DNA of 61,856 bases, counting the filler, from Pseudobdellovibrionaceae bacterium (lineage in GTDB: Bacteria > Bdellovibrionota > Bdellovibrionia > Bdellovibrionales > UBA1609): the NCBI GenBank assembly GCA_030591685.1. It is 5 parts of 5 records of this genome, joined end to end, with 100 filler letters (N's around TTAATTAATTAA, not from the genome) between each part and the next. Parts side by side here need not be neighbours in the genome. Positions count along the whole stretch, not along the records: positions 40,659 to 55,109 come from JAUVAX010000055.1; positions 55,210 to 61,856 come from JAUVAX010000004.1; 3 more parts are not named here. One strand, written 5' to 3'. The notes below the pieces were generated by a model. That model was not told where the DNA came from and did no database searches. It saw only the letters and a list, made by a program, of their open reading frames with translations. Of this stretch, positions 47,802 through 56,785 are shown one piece after another. Every line of letters starts with the position of its first letter. Within the stretch, counting starts at the first letter, position 1. The translations under genes were made by a program, and so were the position numbers.

Positions 47802-48027
47802 GGAGTTCTCCTTTAGTTGAGTTTTATCCTTAAAGTGGATGTTTTAATAACTAGGTAACAAAGTTATTTTATGAGGTGTAGTATATTTTTTTTTACCCAG
47901 TTGCGTTGAATTAGAATTGAGTAAAAAAAACCCATTTTTTGCTGCTCATTATGGGTTGTTTATGTCCCATAAACTCTATACTCTCATAAAATATTTTTAA
48001 TTGTTTACCGCCGTGGGAGAAATACAA

Positions 48028-50292
48028 ATGTCTAAAATTGCTACAACTAAAGAGCTCGTTGAGGGTGCTTATAAAAAAACGAGAGACAATTTAGCGATTG
48101 TTAGAAACCGGTTAGGGCGGGCTTTAACATTAACCGAGAAAATACTTTATGGTCATTTAATAGACCCCGAAAAACAAGACATCACTCGTGGTGAGAGTTT
48201 TTTACTACTGAGCCCTGATAGGGTAGCTATGCAAGATGCCACAGCCCAAATGGCTTTGTTGCAATTTATGTTGGCTGATAAAAATGAGTCAGCAGTCCCA
48301 GCAACGGTGCACTGTGACCATTTAATCCGTGCCTATGAGGGTATGTCTGGCGACATGAAGATCGCCATGAAAGAAAACAACGAAGTGTTTGATTTTTTAG
48401 AGTCTGTTTCAAGTCGTTATAACATTGGCTTTTGGCGCCCCGGGGCGGGCATTATCCATCAAGTTGTTTTAGAAAACTATGCCTTCCCTGGTGGGATGAT
48501 GATAGGGACTGATTCACACACCCCCAATGCTGGTGGTTTGGGCATGGTGGCTGTTGGTGTGGGCGGTGCCGATGCCTCTGATGTTATGGCGGGACTCCCC
48601 TGGGAGGTTAAAAACCCAAAAATAGTGGGGGTACACTTAAAGGGTCACCTTAATGGTTGGGCAGCGCCTAAAGATGTTATTTTAAAACTCTTAGGCATAA
48701 TGACCGTTAAGGGTGGGACTAATAAAGTCATTGAGTACTTTGGAGAGGGTTGTGAGTCGATTAGTTGCACCGGCAAGGCAACGATTACAAATATGGGGGC
48801 TGAACTAGGCGCCACATGCTCGGTCTTTCCTTTTGATTCAAGAATGTCCACATATTTAAATACAACAGACCGTTCAGGGTTAGTTGAGATTGCCGAAAAT
48901 AATAAAGACCTTTTGACGGCTGACGAAGAGGTGGCTCAACAGCCGGAAAAATACTACGATGAAATTGTTGAAATAGACTTATCAACTCTAGAGCCTTACA
49001 TTGTAGGGCCTCACTCCCCAGATGCAGCCAGGCCACTGAGCAAAATGAAAAGTGCGGCTAAAGAGAACAATTGGCCAACTAAATTATCTGCAGCTCTTGT
49101 GGGCTCGTGTACAAACTCATCTTACGAAGATATCGGTCGCACTGCACACGTGGCTAAGCAGGCCTTAGACAAAGGCCTTAAAATGCAGCAGCCCTTTTTG
49201 GTGTCACCTGGGTCGGCGCAATTTAAAAAAACCATTGTAAGAGACGGCCTAATGCAAACTCTCAATGATATTGGAGCTACTGTTTTGGCAAATGCCTGTG
49301 GCCCTTGCATTGGGCAATGGCGACGTGACGAGGTTAAAAAAGGGGACTCAAACACTATTGTAAGTAGTTTTAATAGAAACTTTAGAGGGCGTAATGATGC
49401 TAACCCCGAAACCCTTTCATTTATAACAAGCCCCGAAATTGTAATGGCTTTAGGTATCGCCGGTCGAGTAGATTTCAACCCCCTAACTGATGAGTTAGAG
49501 GCGAGTGATGGGTCGTCATTTAAACTTCAAGAGCCGACGGCCCCAGAGCTACCTGAAAATGGCTTTCTCTCAGACCCAGAAGCTTACCAAGCCCCTAAAG
49601 GAGGCTCTGTAGAAGTAAAAGTAGCACCAAACAGTGAAAGGCTGCAGCTGTTAACGCCTTTTTCAGCATGGGAGGGTGAGGACTTAGTAGACATGATCCC
49701 CCTATGTAAAGCCGTCGGCAAGTGCACCACCGATCACATAAGCCCCGCGGGGCCTTGGTTAAAGTACAGGGGGCATTTAGATAATATTTCTAGCAATATG
49801 CTTTTAGGCGCAAATAACGAATATACAAAGGGCCCTGGTAAAGCAAATAATGTTTTAACAGGAGAAAAAGAACTCGAATGCCAACAAGTCGCCAGGGATT
49901 ATAAGGCTAAAAACCAAAGCTGGATGATTGTTGGTGACGAAAACTATGGCGAAGGCAGCAGTCGTGAGCATGCAGCCATGTGCCCTCGGTTTTTAGGGGC
50001 AAAAGTTGTTTTAGTAAAAAGTTTTGCCCGCATCCATGAAACAAACTTAAAAAAACAAGGTGTTTTAGCGCTTATGTTTAATGATGTTGCGGATTACTCT
50101 AAAATAAAAGAGACAGATCGAATTAGCGTTAAGGGATTAAAACAGTTTTCGCCAGGGCAATTATTGACTATTGAGCTAAAACACTCTGATGGTTCGACGG
50201 ATGAGTTTAAAGTTAAACACACCTTTAATGATGAGCAAATAAAATGGTTTAAAGCCGGAAGTGCTCTGAACTTATTAAGGCAGCAGTCTTAA
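48028..50292 (+). CDS. Aconitate hydratase, mitochondrial-type
   Basis: PDRVAMQDATAQMA, VHCDHLI, GIIHQVVLENY, GTDSHTPNAGG, GSCTNSSYED, ANACGPCIGQW, KCTTDHIS, NYGEGSSREHAA; ATG 48028 after GGGAG. Confidence 0.93.
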   Translation: MSKIATTKELVEGAYKKTRDNLAIVRNRLGRALTLTEKILYGHLIDPEKQDITRGESFLLLSPDRVAMQDATAQMALLQFMLADKNESAVPATVHCDHLIRAYEGMSGDMKIAMKENNEVFDFLESVSSRYNIGFWRPGAGIIHQVVLENYAFPGGMMIGTDSHTPNAGGLGMVAVGVGGADASDVMAGLPWEVKNPKIVGVHLKGHLNGWAAPKDVILKLLGIMTVKGGTNKVIEYFGEGCESISCTGKATITNMGAELGATCSVFPFDSRMSTYLNTTDRSGLVEIAENNKDLLTADEEVAQQPEKYYDEIVEIDLSTLEPYIVGPHSPDAARPLSKMKSAAKENNWPTKLSAALVGSCTNSSYEDIGRTAHVAKQALDKGLKMQQPFLVSPGSAQFKKTIVRDGLMQTLNDIGATVLANACGPCIGQWRRDEVKKGDSNTIVSSFNRNFRGRNDANPETLSFITSPEIVMALGIAGRVDFNPLTDELEASDGSSFKLQEPTAPELPENGFLSDPEAYQAPKGGSVEVKVAPNSERLQLLTPFSAWEGEDLVDMIPLCKAVGKCTTDHISPAGPWLKYRGHLDNISSNMLLGANNEYTKGPGKANNVLTGEKELECQQVARDYKAKNQSWMIVGDENYGEGSSREHAAMCPRFLGAKVVLVKSFARIHETNLKKQGVLALMFNDVADYSKIKETDRISVKGLKQFSPGQLLTIELKHSDGSTDEFKVKHTFNDEQIKWFKAGSALNLLRQQS

Positions 50293-50315
50293 TACCTCAA
50301 CTTTAAAGTAAAAAA

Positions 50316-50343
50316 ATGCAGACCTATAAGTATAGGTCTGCAT
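50316..50343. terminator. Intrinsic terminator between convergent genes
   Basis: ATGCAGACCTATA-AG-TATAGGTCTGCAT with an A-tract on the left (U-tract for the minus-strand gene). Confidence 0.75.
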
Positions 50344-50376
50344 GAGGTTTTTGATTAATTACTTATATCGTTTTTA

Positions 50377-50946
50377 TTATTGTCCATTAATAAGAGAGTC
50401 AACGGCATCATAATTATGTCCGCCACCTCGTCGGCCTCCGCCTCTGCGAGCACCGTCTCTACGGCCACCACCACGACGTTGATTTTTATATACTAAGTAT
50501 CGAGAGTGATCAGAGTGCCTAACTTGCGAGCACGGACTACAAGAGTACCGTCGGCTACCGTCGCATCTGTAGTCGTTTCTTTGGGCCACTAGGCACATCT
50601 GAATGGCCCTTGCTGTTTTACGGTGATAAAAGTGGACCTCATCAACGATAACTTTACGTCCATGTCCTGGGCGCTGTACGACGACACAACGCGCTCGTGG
50701 GTTGCGTCCGCGGTCATGTCTCCAGTTAAGCTCATTTTGGCACTGTCTTTTGGCTCGACGACATCTAAAGGCGTAAAAAGTTTCAATCACTCTCCCTCGA
50801 TGAGTTTGTAACTCAACAACGCACTCGTTAGAACCAGAGTAATAGTTACTACTGGACCCATGACTATAGTTATTGCCCCCTTGAGCCAGAGCCAACATTG
50901 GTAGTGACATAAGTATACCGATTATAACTTTTAAGTATGTTTTCAT
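50377..50946 (-). CDS. Secreted Cys-rich, Arg/Gly-rich hypothetical protein
   Basis: Signal peptide ending ALA-Q; eight Cys; tail RRGGGRRDGARRGGGRRGGG; RBS GGGGG. Confidence 0.75.
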   Translation of the reverse strand: MKTYLKVIIGILMSLPMLALAQGGNNYSHGSSSNYYSGSNECVVELQTHRGRVIETFYAFRCRRAKRQCQNELNWRHDRGRNPRARCVVVQRPGHGRKVIVDEVHFYHRKTARAIQMCLVAQRNDYRCDGSRRYSCSPCSQVRHSDHSRYLVYKNQRRGGGRRDGARRGGGRRGGGHNYDAVDSLINGQ

Positions 50947-50984
50947 TTAAAATCCCCCGTTTGTAAGTTTCTTATTATGTGTAA

Positions 50985-51000
50985 AGCAAATGTGATGCCA
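50985..51000 (-). promoter_or_regulatory. Sigma-54 (-24/-12) promoter
   Basis: Minus strand TGGCAT-CACAT-TTGCT, 38 nt upstream of ATG 50946. Confidence 0.7.
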
Positions 51001-51150
51001 ATAATTTGGTGTCACAATGCACAGGGCGTAACGCGCAGCACTGATCAAGAATTTAAAGATACATAATATTTATTCAGAACTAAAAAATAAATTTTAACTA
51101 AGCCTTAACTCATGTTAAAACCAAATTTCACTTAAAGGGGGGCTTTTAGG

Positions 51151-51993
51151 GTGAAGACAAAAATACTATATATTTTAATTACGATATTTCCAGTGATTTG
51201 TTTTTCAGGTTCAATTCATTTAGAGAGCTATAAACCAAAATCAAAAGCCTTTGCTTTAAAAGGTATTGGCGGAAACATTTCAGGGGTCACTTATAACTGG
51301 GATACAGATAGTTATTTGTTTATCCAAAACAATTACGCCTTTATTTATGAGTATGATGCCTCAATTAGTACGCTTTTGAGAACTATAAAAATAAAGGGCT
51401 CTAAAGATACTGATTTTGAAGACATAACTTACCTCGGCCAAGGCGAATACGCTATTGTGAATGAGTCTAATCATGTATTGATTTTTAATATGAAGAGGGC
51501 CTCAAAGGGCACTATAAATTTAAATTATAAAAAAAAATCAGTCCAGCAATTTACATTGCCTCGCCCGGGGAAGTCTAACAAAGGTTTAGAGGGCATTTGT
51601 TACTCGCGTGATGAAAAGGGTGGGGTTAGTTTTTTTGCAGTTCAAGAGGACAAACCAAAGGCCCTTTATATGTTTTATCGACCTCGCCATAAAAGAGATA
51701 TATCAGCCCGGTGGTGGGGAGAGTTAGAGGTGTTTGAGCCCTTTAACATTAAAAAAATACTAAAACATAAGTTAAAAGACTTATCAGGTTGTTATTTTAG
51801 CCAATCCACAAATACGTTGTTACTTCTTTCACACGAAAGCTCAGCTCTTGTTGAATTAAATGAGAGAGGTAAAATAATTTCTAAATTAAAGTTAAAAGGG
51901 GCTTCACAATTTGAGGGCGTAACAATTAACCCTAGCGGTGAAATTGTCGTTGTGAGTGAGCCTAACATTGTAAGAGTCTATAAAAAGCAGTAA
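51151..51993 (+). CDS. SdiA-regulated/YjiK-like secreted beta-propeller
   Basis: Signal peptide, ISGVTYN, DFEDITY, NKGLEGICY, DLSG, LLLSHES, QFEGVT, VVSEPN. Confidence 0.85.
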   Translation: MKTKILYILITIFPVICFSGSIHLESYKPKSKAFALKGIGGNISGVTYNWDTDSYLFIQNNYAFIYEYDASISTLLRTIKIKGSKDTDFEDITYLGQGEYAIVNESNHVLIFNMKRASKGTINLNYKKKSVQQFTLPRPGKSNKGLEGICYSRDEKGGVSFFAVQEDKPKALYMFYRPRHKRDISARWWGELEVFEPFNIKKILKHKLKDLSGCYFSQSTNTLLLLSHESSALVELNERGKIISKLKLKGASQFEGVTINPSGEIVVVSEPNIVRVYKKQ

Positions 51994-52175
51994 GGTAATT
52001 ACTGAAGTAAAAAGCAGTAGGGTGTTCGTATAAGCTTTGTTTTGCAGACTCGAAAGTAGTTCAGTTGTTTTTATTTTTGTATAAGATTTAGTAAAGTTTT
52101 TTGTTTAAAAGCGGGCCGAAGGCACGGCACATTTTCACAAACAGTAAATCAAAAAACCCTTTATGGGAGGTTTAA

Positions 52176-52523
52176 ATGGATAAATTAGTCATATGGCACA
52201 ACCCTGGGTGTTCAAAGAGCCGGCAAATACTGTCGATTATACAAGAGTCGGGTCATGACGTAGAAATTTTTGAGTACCTAAAAACGCCCCCGACAACTCA
52301 GCAGCTCAATCAAGTCATTAAGCTGCTAGGCATTGCCCCAGGCGCTCTGGTTCGAACTAAAGAGGATGCATTTAAAAACCAAAAGTTTGATTTAGATAAT
52401 AATGATTTAGTAATAAAAAAACTTTCTGAGTTTCCAAAGCTCATTGAGCGGCCCATTGTTATAAAGGGAAATATGAGCGCTGTTATTGGTCGCCCCCCTG
52501 AAAACGTAAAATCTATTTTATAA
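52176..52523 (+). CDS. arsC: ArsC-family (glutaredoxin-type) arsenate reductase-like protein
   Basis: HNPGCSKSR, EYLKTPPT, PKLIERPIV, IGRPPE. Confidence 0.85.
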   Translation: MDKLVIWHNPGCSKSRQILSIIQESGHDVEIFEYLKTPPTTQQLNQVIKLLGIAPGALVRTKEDAFKNQKFDLDNNDLVIKKLSEFPKLIERPIVIKGNMSAVIGRPPENVKSIL

Positions 52524-52815
52524 TATAAAAATTAAAGTGTCTTTTTAAAGTGGATAAGGGGTATACCCCTCACTTAAGCTTGGCTGAATAACTTGTATCG
52601 GCATGAGAAGACTTGAGTGCATACTTTAAATCTTAAATTGAGATGGCGTAAGCGGTGCTCTTTATGGCGTGGGATATATTTTACTTAATTCACACTTAGG
52701 CTTTTAAAACTTACAGGTTATTCTGATTACAGCCAGGGCACTGTACTAAAGCAAGACACATGGGGGGCTAAGCTTTTGATTTATAGGTGGAATTTTTGAG
52801 AATTTCAAAAAAAAC

Positions 52816-52842
52816 TAAGAACTGTTTCAAAATTTCCGATTA
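52816..52842 (+). promoter_or_regulatory. Possible sigma-28-like promoter
   Basis: TAAG-N15-TCCGATTA, 41 nt upstream of ATG 52884. Confidence 0.35.
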
Positions 52843-52883
52843 GGCTATATATAATAGACTTCATTGAGATAGAGGTAGGCATC

Positions 52884-54089
52884 ATGAAATTTGTTTTGAT
52901 TACAGGATTATTACTATTCTCATCCAGTATGTACGCTGGGAGTTGGCAGTCATTGCCGGGTGTTTTAGTTGCTGATTTAGATGATATTGAAATGGACTTA
53001 GAGGACGCCCAGGCGAACACAGAGGCAGCTCAAATAGAGGCCGAGGATGCACGAGATCGTCGAAGAGAGGCTCAAGAAAGACGCGACAAAAAGTCAAAAG
53101 ACGCAAACAACAAACTAGCACAAGCTAGAGCGAAAGAGAGAGACTCTAAGTCTGAAATCAAGGATCTTAATCAAAAAATTAGAGAGATAGAGACCGACAT
53201 AGCAAAGTCAGAGAAAGAGATATCTTCAGCTGAGGCTCGAATTGAGAAGGCTATTGAAACAGTTGCGATTAAAAAACAAGAGAGCCTTGCTATCCAAGAA
53301 AAATTTGAGCAGACCAGAGAAGAGAGAGACGAAGTTCAAGATAAGTTAGACTCAAAACTTGAAGCCCTGAGACTCGTTAAGCAAGAGAACTCTGAGTCAA
53401 GCCAAGAGAAGCAAAGGGTTAGGTCTGAACTTCAATCGGCCCAACAAGACTTAGCTGCCAGCAAAGCATTGTTAGTTAAAGAGAAAGGTAAAAGTAATAA
53501 AATTAAATCAAAGAACAGTAAGAAAATTACAATATATAAAAAGCAAATTGAGAAATACAATAAGAAAAGTCAAAAAAATGAAGAGAGTCGAAGAGTCTAT
53601 GTACAAAAAATTGACCAAATATCTGAGGAAGTAACTATCGCTGAGTCAGAAGCTGAACAGGCAAAACAAAGAGCTGAAGAAAGTGCTCTAACATTAATGC
53701 AGCTTAAAACAGATAATAAAGACAAGCGTAGAAAAATGCTAAGACGTAGAAAGAAGGCTCAACTGCAAAAAAGACGACAAGAAACTCGTAATTTAGCGAA
53801 CACAAGAAAGATAAAGGCCCTTAACGCCGGAAGCATAGACACTTCGTCGTCAATTGGCAGTGGTGTAAAGGTAAGTTTAAAAAAATCAAAAAGAAAAAGA
53901 AGTTTTAGACGTAGGAGTTTAAAAATTAATTGCAACCTCCGTGCAAAACCTGAATTAAGTGGTAAAATTGTTAAACTCACTAAAAAGTCTTCTAGATTAT
54001 ATGTAAAAAGCTATGGTAGAAAGTGGTATAAAGTAACTACATCTAGAAAAAAGGGCGTACAGGGCTATATGGCAAAAGCTTGCTTTTAG
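52884..54089 (+). CDS. Secreted long coiled-coil protein with C-terminal SH3b-like domain
   Basis: Signal peptide, about 270 aa charged heptads, then CNLRAKPELSGKIV..KWYKV..GYMAKACF. Confidence 0.75.
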   Translation: MKFVLITGLLLFSSSMYAGSWQSLPGVLVADLDDIEMDLEDAQANTEAAQIEAEDARDRRREAQERRDKKSKDANNKLAQARAKERDSKSEIKDLNQKIREIETDIAKSEKEISSAEARIEKAIETVAIKKQESLAIQEKFEQTREERDEVQDKLDSKLEALRLVKQENSESSQEKQRVRSELQSAQQDLAASKALLVKEKGKSNKIKSKNSKKITIYKKQIEKYNKKSQKNEESRRVYVQKIDQISEEVTIAESEAEQAKQRAEESALTLMQLKTDNKDKRRKMLRRRKKAQLQKRRQETRNLANTRKIKALNAGSIDTSSSIGSGVKVSLKKSKRKRSFRRRSLKINCNLRAKPELSGKIVKLTKKSSRLYVKSYGRKWYKVTTSRKKGVQGYMAKACF

Positions 54090-54228
54090 TTGGTTTCAGT
54101 CACTTTCACATCCGAAGCATGCCTTGAGAGTTTTAGCTCAAAGGACTGTTCCCGCGCACACCGACATTTCACAGGTCATTTAGGTCTTAAAGATAAATCT
54201 AAAAAGTATAATTTAGTAAATGATATAC

Positions 54229-55109
54229 CTAAGGGCTGATCGGTGAATTTGGAGGCTTAATAGGGTCAGAGTTTTCGATAAAAAGAGATTGAGTGGGGTA
54301 GGCAAAATCAACATTTAATTTTTTTGCAAGTTTTAAAATTTCTAAATTAATATTTTGCTTTTCTTTGAGCTCTTCAGCCCAGTCATCTAAACATAAAAAA
54401 TAATAAACAAGTATATTTAAGCTAAAGTCACCGTAGCCAGTAAAAACAACGTGGTAGTAGTCTTTGCGGGTGGTGTTATTTGCTTTTATGATGCCTTTAA
54501 TGCCCTCTAGGAAGTCGTCAATTTGATCAGGAGTTGTCTGATATGTAACTCCTAGGTTGAGAACTATTCGGCGGTACTCGCGCTCACCCATGTTATCAAT
54601 AGAGACATTGGCCAGGATCGAATTGGGCAAGCAAACAATAGAGTTATAAAATGTACGGATGCGGGTGGATCTAAAACCAATCTCCTCAACAGTGCCCTCT
54701 GCTGAACTTGTTTTAATCCAGTCTCCAATTTTAAAGGGCCGGTCAAAAACGATCATTAATGAGCCAAAGAAATTGGCAGCTGTATCCTTTGCCGCTAAGG
54801 CAAACGCGAGCCCCCCTAGGCCCAAACCAGCCATAATAGACATCACATTAAATCCCAAGCTTTGCATGGCGAGAAGCCCACCAAAGATTAAAACGAATGT
54901 TCTTAGGGCCTTTGTCACTAATGGGACGAGGTGGTCATCTAAGGTAGATTTTGTTTTTTCTGTTAGCTTTTGAAGGTAAATATCAACGACTGTACACAAG
55001 TTATAAGTGACCCAGACCATACCAACGCTAAAGGTGATTTTAACTAAAAACAGTAAAATAATAAGGGCTCGGCCCTCAATACTTAAAGGCTCGATACATA
55101 AAAACCAAA
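54229..55109 (-). CDS. mscS: MscS-family mechanosensitive channel, 5'-partial
   Basis: AGLGLGGLAFALAAKDTAANFFG, DRPFKIGDWI, GTVEEIGFRSTRIRTF, PNS, FAYPTQ; frame open to contig edge. Confidence 0.9.
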
Positions 55110-55209
55110 NNNNNNNNNNNNNNNNNNNNNNNNNNNNNNNNNNNNNNNNNNNNTTAATTAATTAANNNNNNNNNNNNNNNNNNNNNNNNNNNNNNNNNNN
55201 NNNNNNNNN
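55110..55209. other. Artificial contig linker
   Basis: N-run with central TTAATTAATTAA. Confidence 0.98.
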
Positions 55210-55504
55210 TATTTTTTGTAACACAGACGTCAAGTTCTTGAGTGAAATTATTTTCTTTAAATTTAATATTAAAGTACTTACCTCCCACTCCCGAAAAACC
55301 AGCCAATACAAAAATGACTGAAAGTGGTTTTTTATTTTTTTTAGGGACAAGAACCGGAATTTGCCGCTCAAGGGGATCTTTCAACGGATTCGATTTCAAG
55401 CCCTTGCTCTTAACAACAAGAGTTTGAATATTAAAATTCTTTAATTCATAAGGGTAGTAATTTTCATGTAACATCACACCTGATTGTTCAAAAATTCTGC
55501 TCAC
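55210..55504 (-). CDS. Fes/esterase-like alpha/beta hydrolase, 3'-partial
   Basis: SKGLKSNPLKDPLERQIPVLVP..VIFVLAGFSG resembles the N-terminus of enterochelin-esterase-like hydrolases; start uncertain. Confidence 0.6.
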
Positions 55505-55568
55505 AAATCAATACTTTTATGAACTCAGGGCTGTTTATTATGGCGTTTTCTATTAATTTTTAAAATCC

Positions 55569-56510
55569 TTAAGAGTACAGCTCATACTTGAACCTATCCC
55601 TGCCGGCCTCTTTGGCTTCATATAAAAGGTCATCGGCCTTTCTTATAATTTGCTCAGGCGTTATATGCTTTACTGAGGGCTCCAATAGGACGCACCCTAT
55701 GCTCGCCGTGACCCTTTTAAAGTGCATATCATTTTTAAAAGTATGTTTACTAATTTTATTTAGTAATTTTTTTGCAAAAATTTGAGCACCACTTGCGTCA
55801 ACATCACTAGTAACTATCAAATACTCATCGCCGCCGAAACGGGCAGATAGGTCATTTTCCCTAAGAAGCTCCTTTATAATCCGGCCCACTTTAGAGAGAA
55901 CAAAGCTACCAAACAAGTGATCACAGGCTTTATTGACGCTTTTAAATTTATCCATATCCATCATATAAATACATAAATTAACATTATTTTTAGCGGCCTT
56001 TTTAATTTCTAACTCTAATCTTTTATACATCGATCGCATATTATAAAGCCCCGTTAGGTCATCAATATCAAGAAGCTCTGCCAAGCGCTCATTTGAACTT
56101 TTAAGTTGATCTCTAAGCTCTTTAATTCGCAGCTGACAACGCACTCGAGCACACAGCTCCCCCATATCAAAGGGTTTACAAATATAGTCATCAGCCCCCT
56201 CGTCTAAGCCCTGAATCACTTTTTCAATATAAGAACTCCCTGATATAAAAATTACCGGGATATACTCTCGATTTTTCCTAATTAACTCTAAAACTTCATA
56301 CCCATTCATACGGGGCATATTTATGTCGAGTAACATGACGTGTGGCTTCCAGTTTTTTAGATCATAAATTACAGACTCTGCACTTGTAACAGACTTCACC
56401 AGGTAGCCCTCAGCTGTTAGTGAATCTCCGATGAGCACTCCTAGATCTGGCTCATCATCCACAATCAATATTCTTTGTTTTTCACCGGCCAATTCATGCA
56501 TCGCCGCCAA
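55569..56510 (-). CDS. REC-GGDEF dinucleotide cyclase, probable Hypr (cGAMP-synthesising) type
   Basis: REC ILIVDDE..LLDINMP..KPF; DDLTGLYN; DMDKFKSVN; HLFGS (Ser in place of canonical Asp); I-site REND five residues before GGDEY; start may be ATG 56501. Confidence 0.88.
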   Translation of the reverse strand: MAAMHELAGEKQRILIVDDEPDLGVLIGDSLTAEGYLVKSVTSAESVIYDLKNWKPHVMLLDINMPRMNGYEVLELIRKNREYIPVIFISGSSYIEKVIQGLDEGADDYICKPFDMGELCARVRCQLRIKELRDQLKSSNERLAELLDIDDLTGLYNMRSMYKRLELEIKKAAKNNVNLCIYMMDMDKFKSVNKACDHLFGSFVLSKVGRIIKELLRENDLSARFGGDEYLIVTSDVDASGAQIFAKKLLNKISKHTFKNDMHFKRVTASIGCVLLEPSVKHITPEQIIRKADDLLYEAKEAGRDRFKYELYS

Positions 56511-56785
56511 CTATATGCCATATTCACAAAGAGTTTCGTAAAGGTTCTATTAAAAATTTGCTTTAGGCCCAACTATTTAAATTCATTGATGTTTTGTGGT
56601 CCCCAAGGCTTGAAGCCAATGAGTTATGCTTACCTGCCGCCCCCTCCCTAATCACTCGTGAAGCCTCGATTTTAAAAAAAATATAAAAAAATGAACTCGA
56701 CCACTAAAAACATCCCGAATTTTAGTTTTTAATGGTACATAAATCGCATAAGAAATTTTTTATTTTTCTCGTTATTATTTAAGAG

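Noticed and set aside
14648..55209. Four identical TTAATTAATTAA palindromes in N-runs, looking like a repeat family
   Set aside because: Artificial six-frame-stop contig linkers; they also create false ORF ends (16281-18224, 55154-55504)
56507..56521. GG-N10-GC sigma-54-like motif upstream of the GGDEF gene
   Set aside because: Overlaps or abuts the start codon, leaving no room for a leader; -12 element is TGGC rather than TTGC
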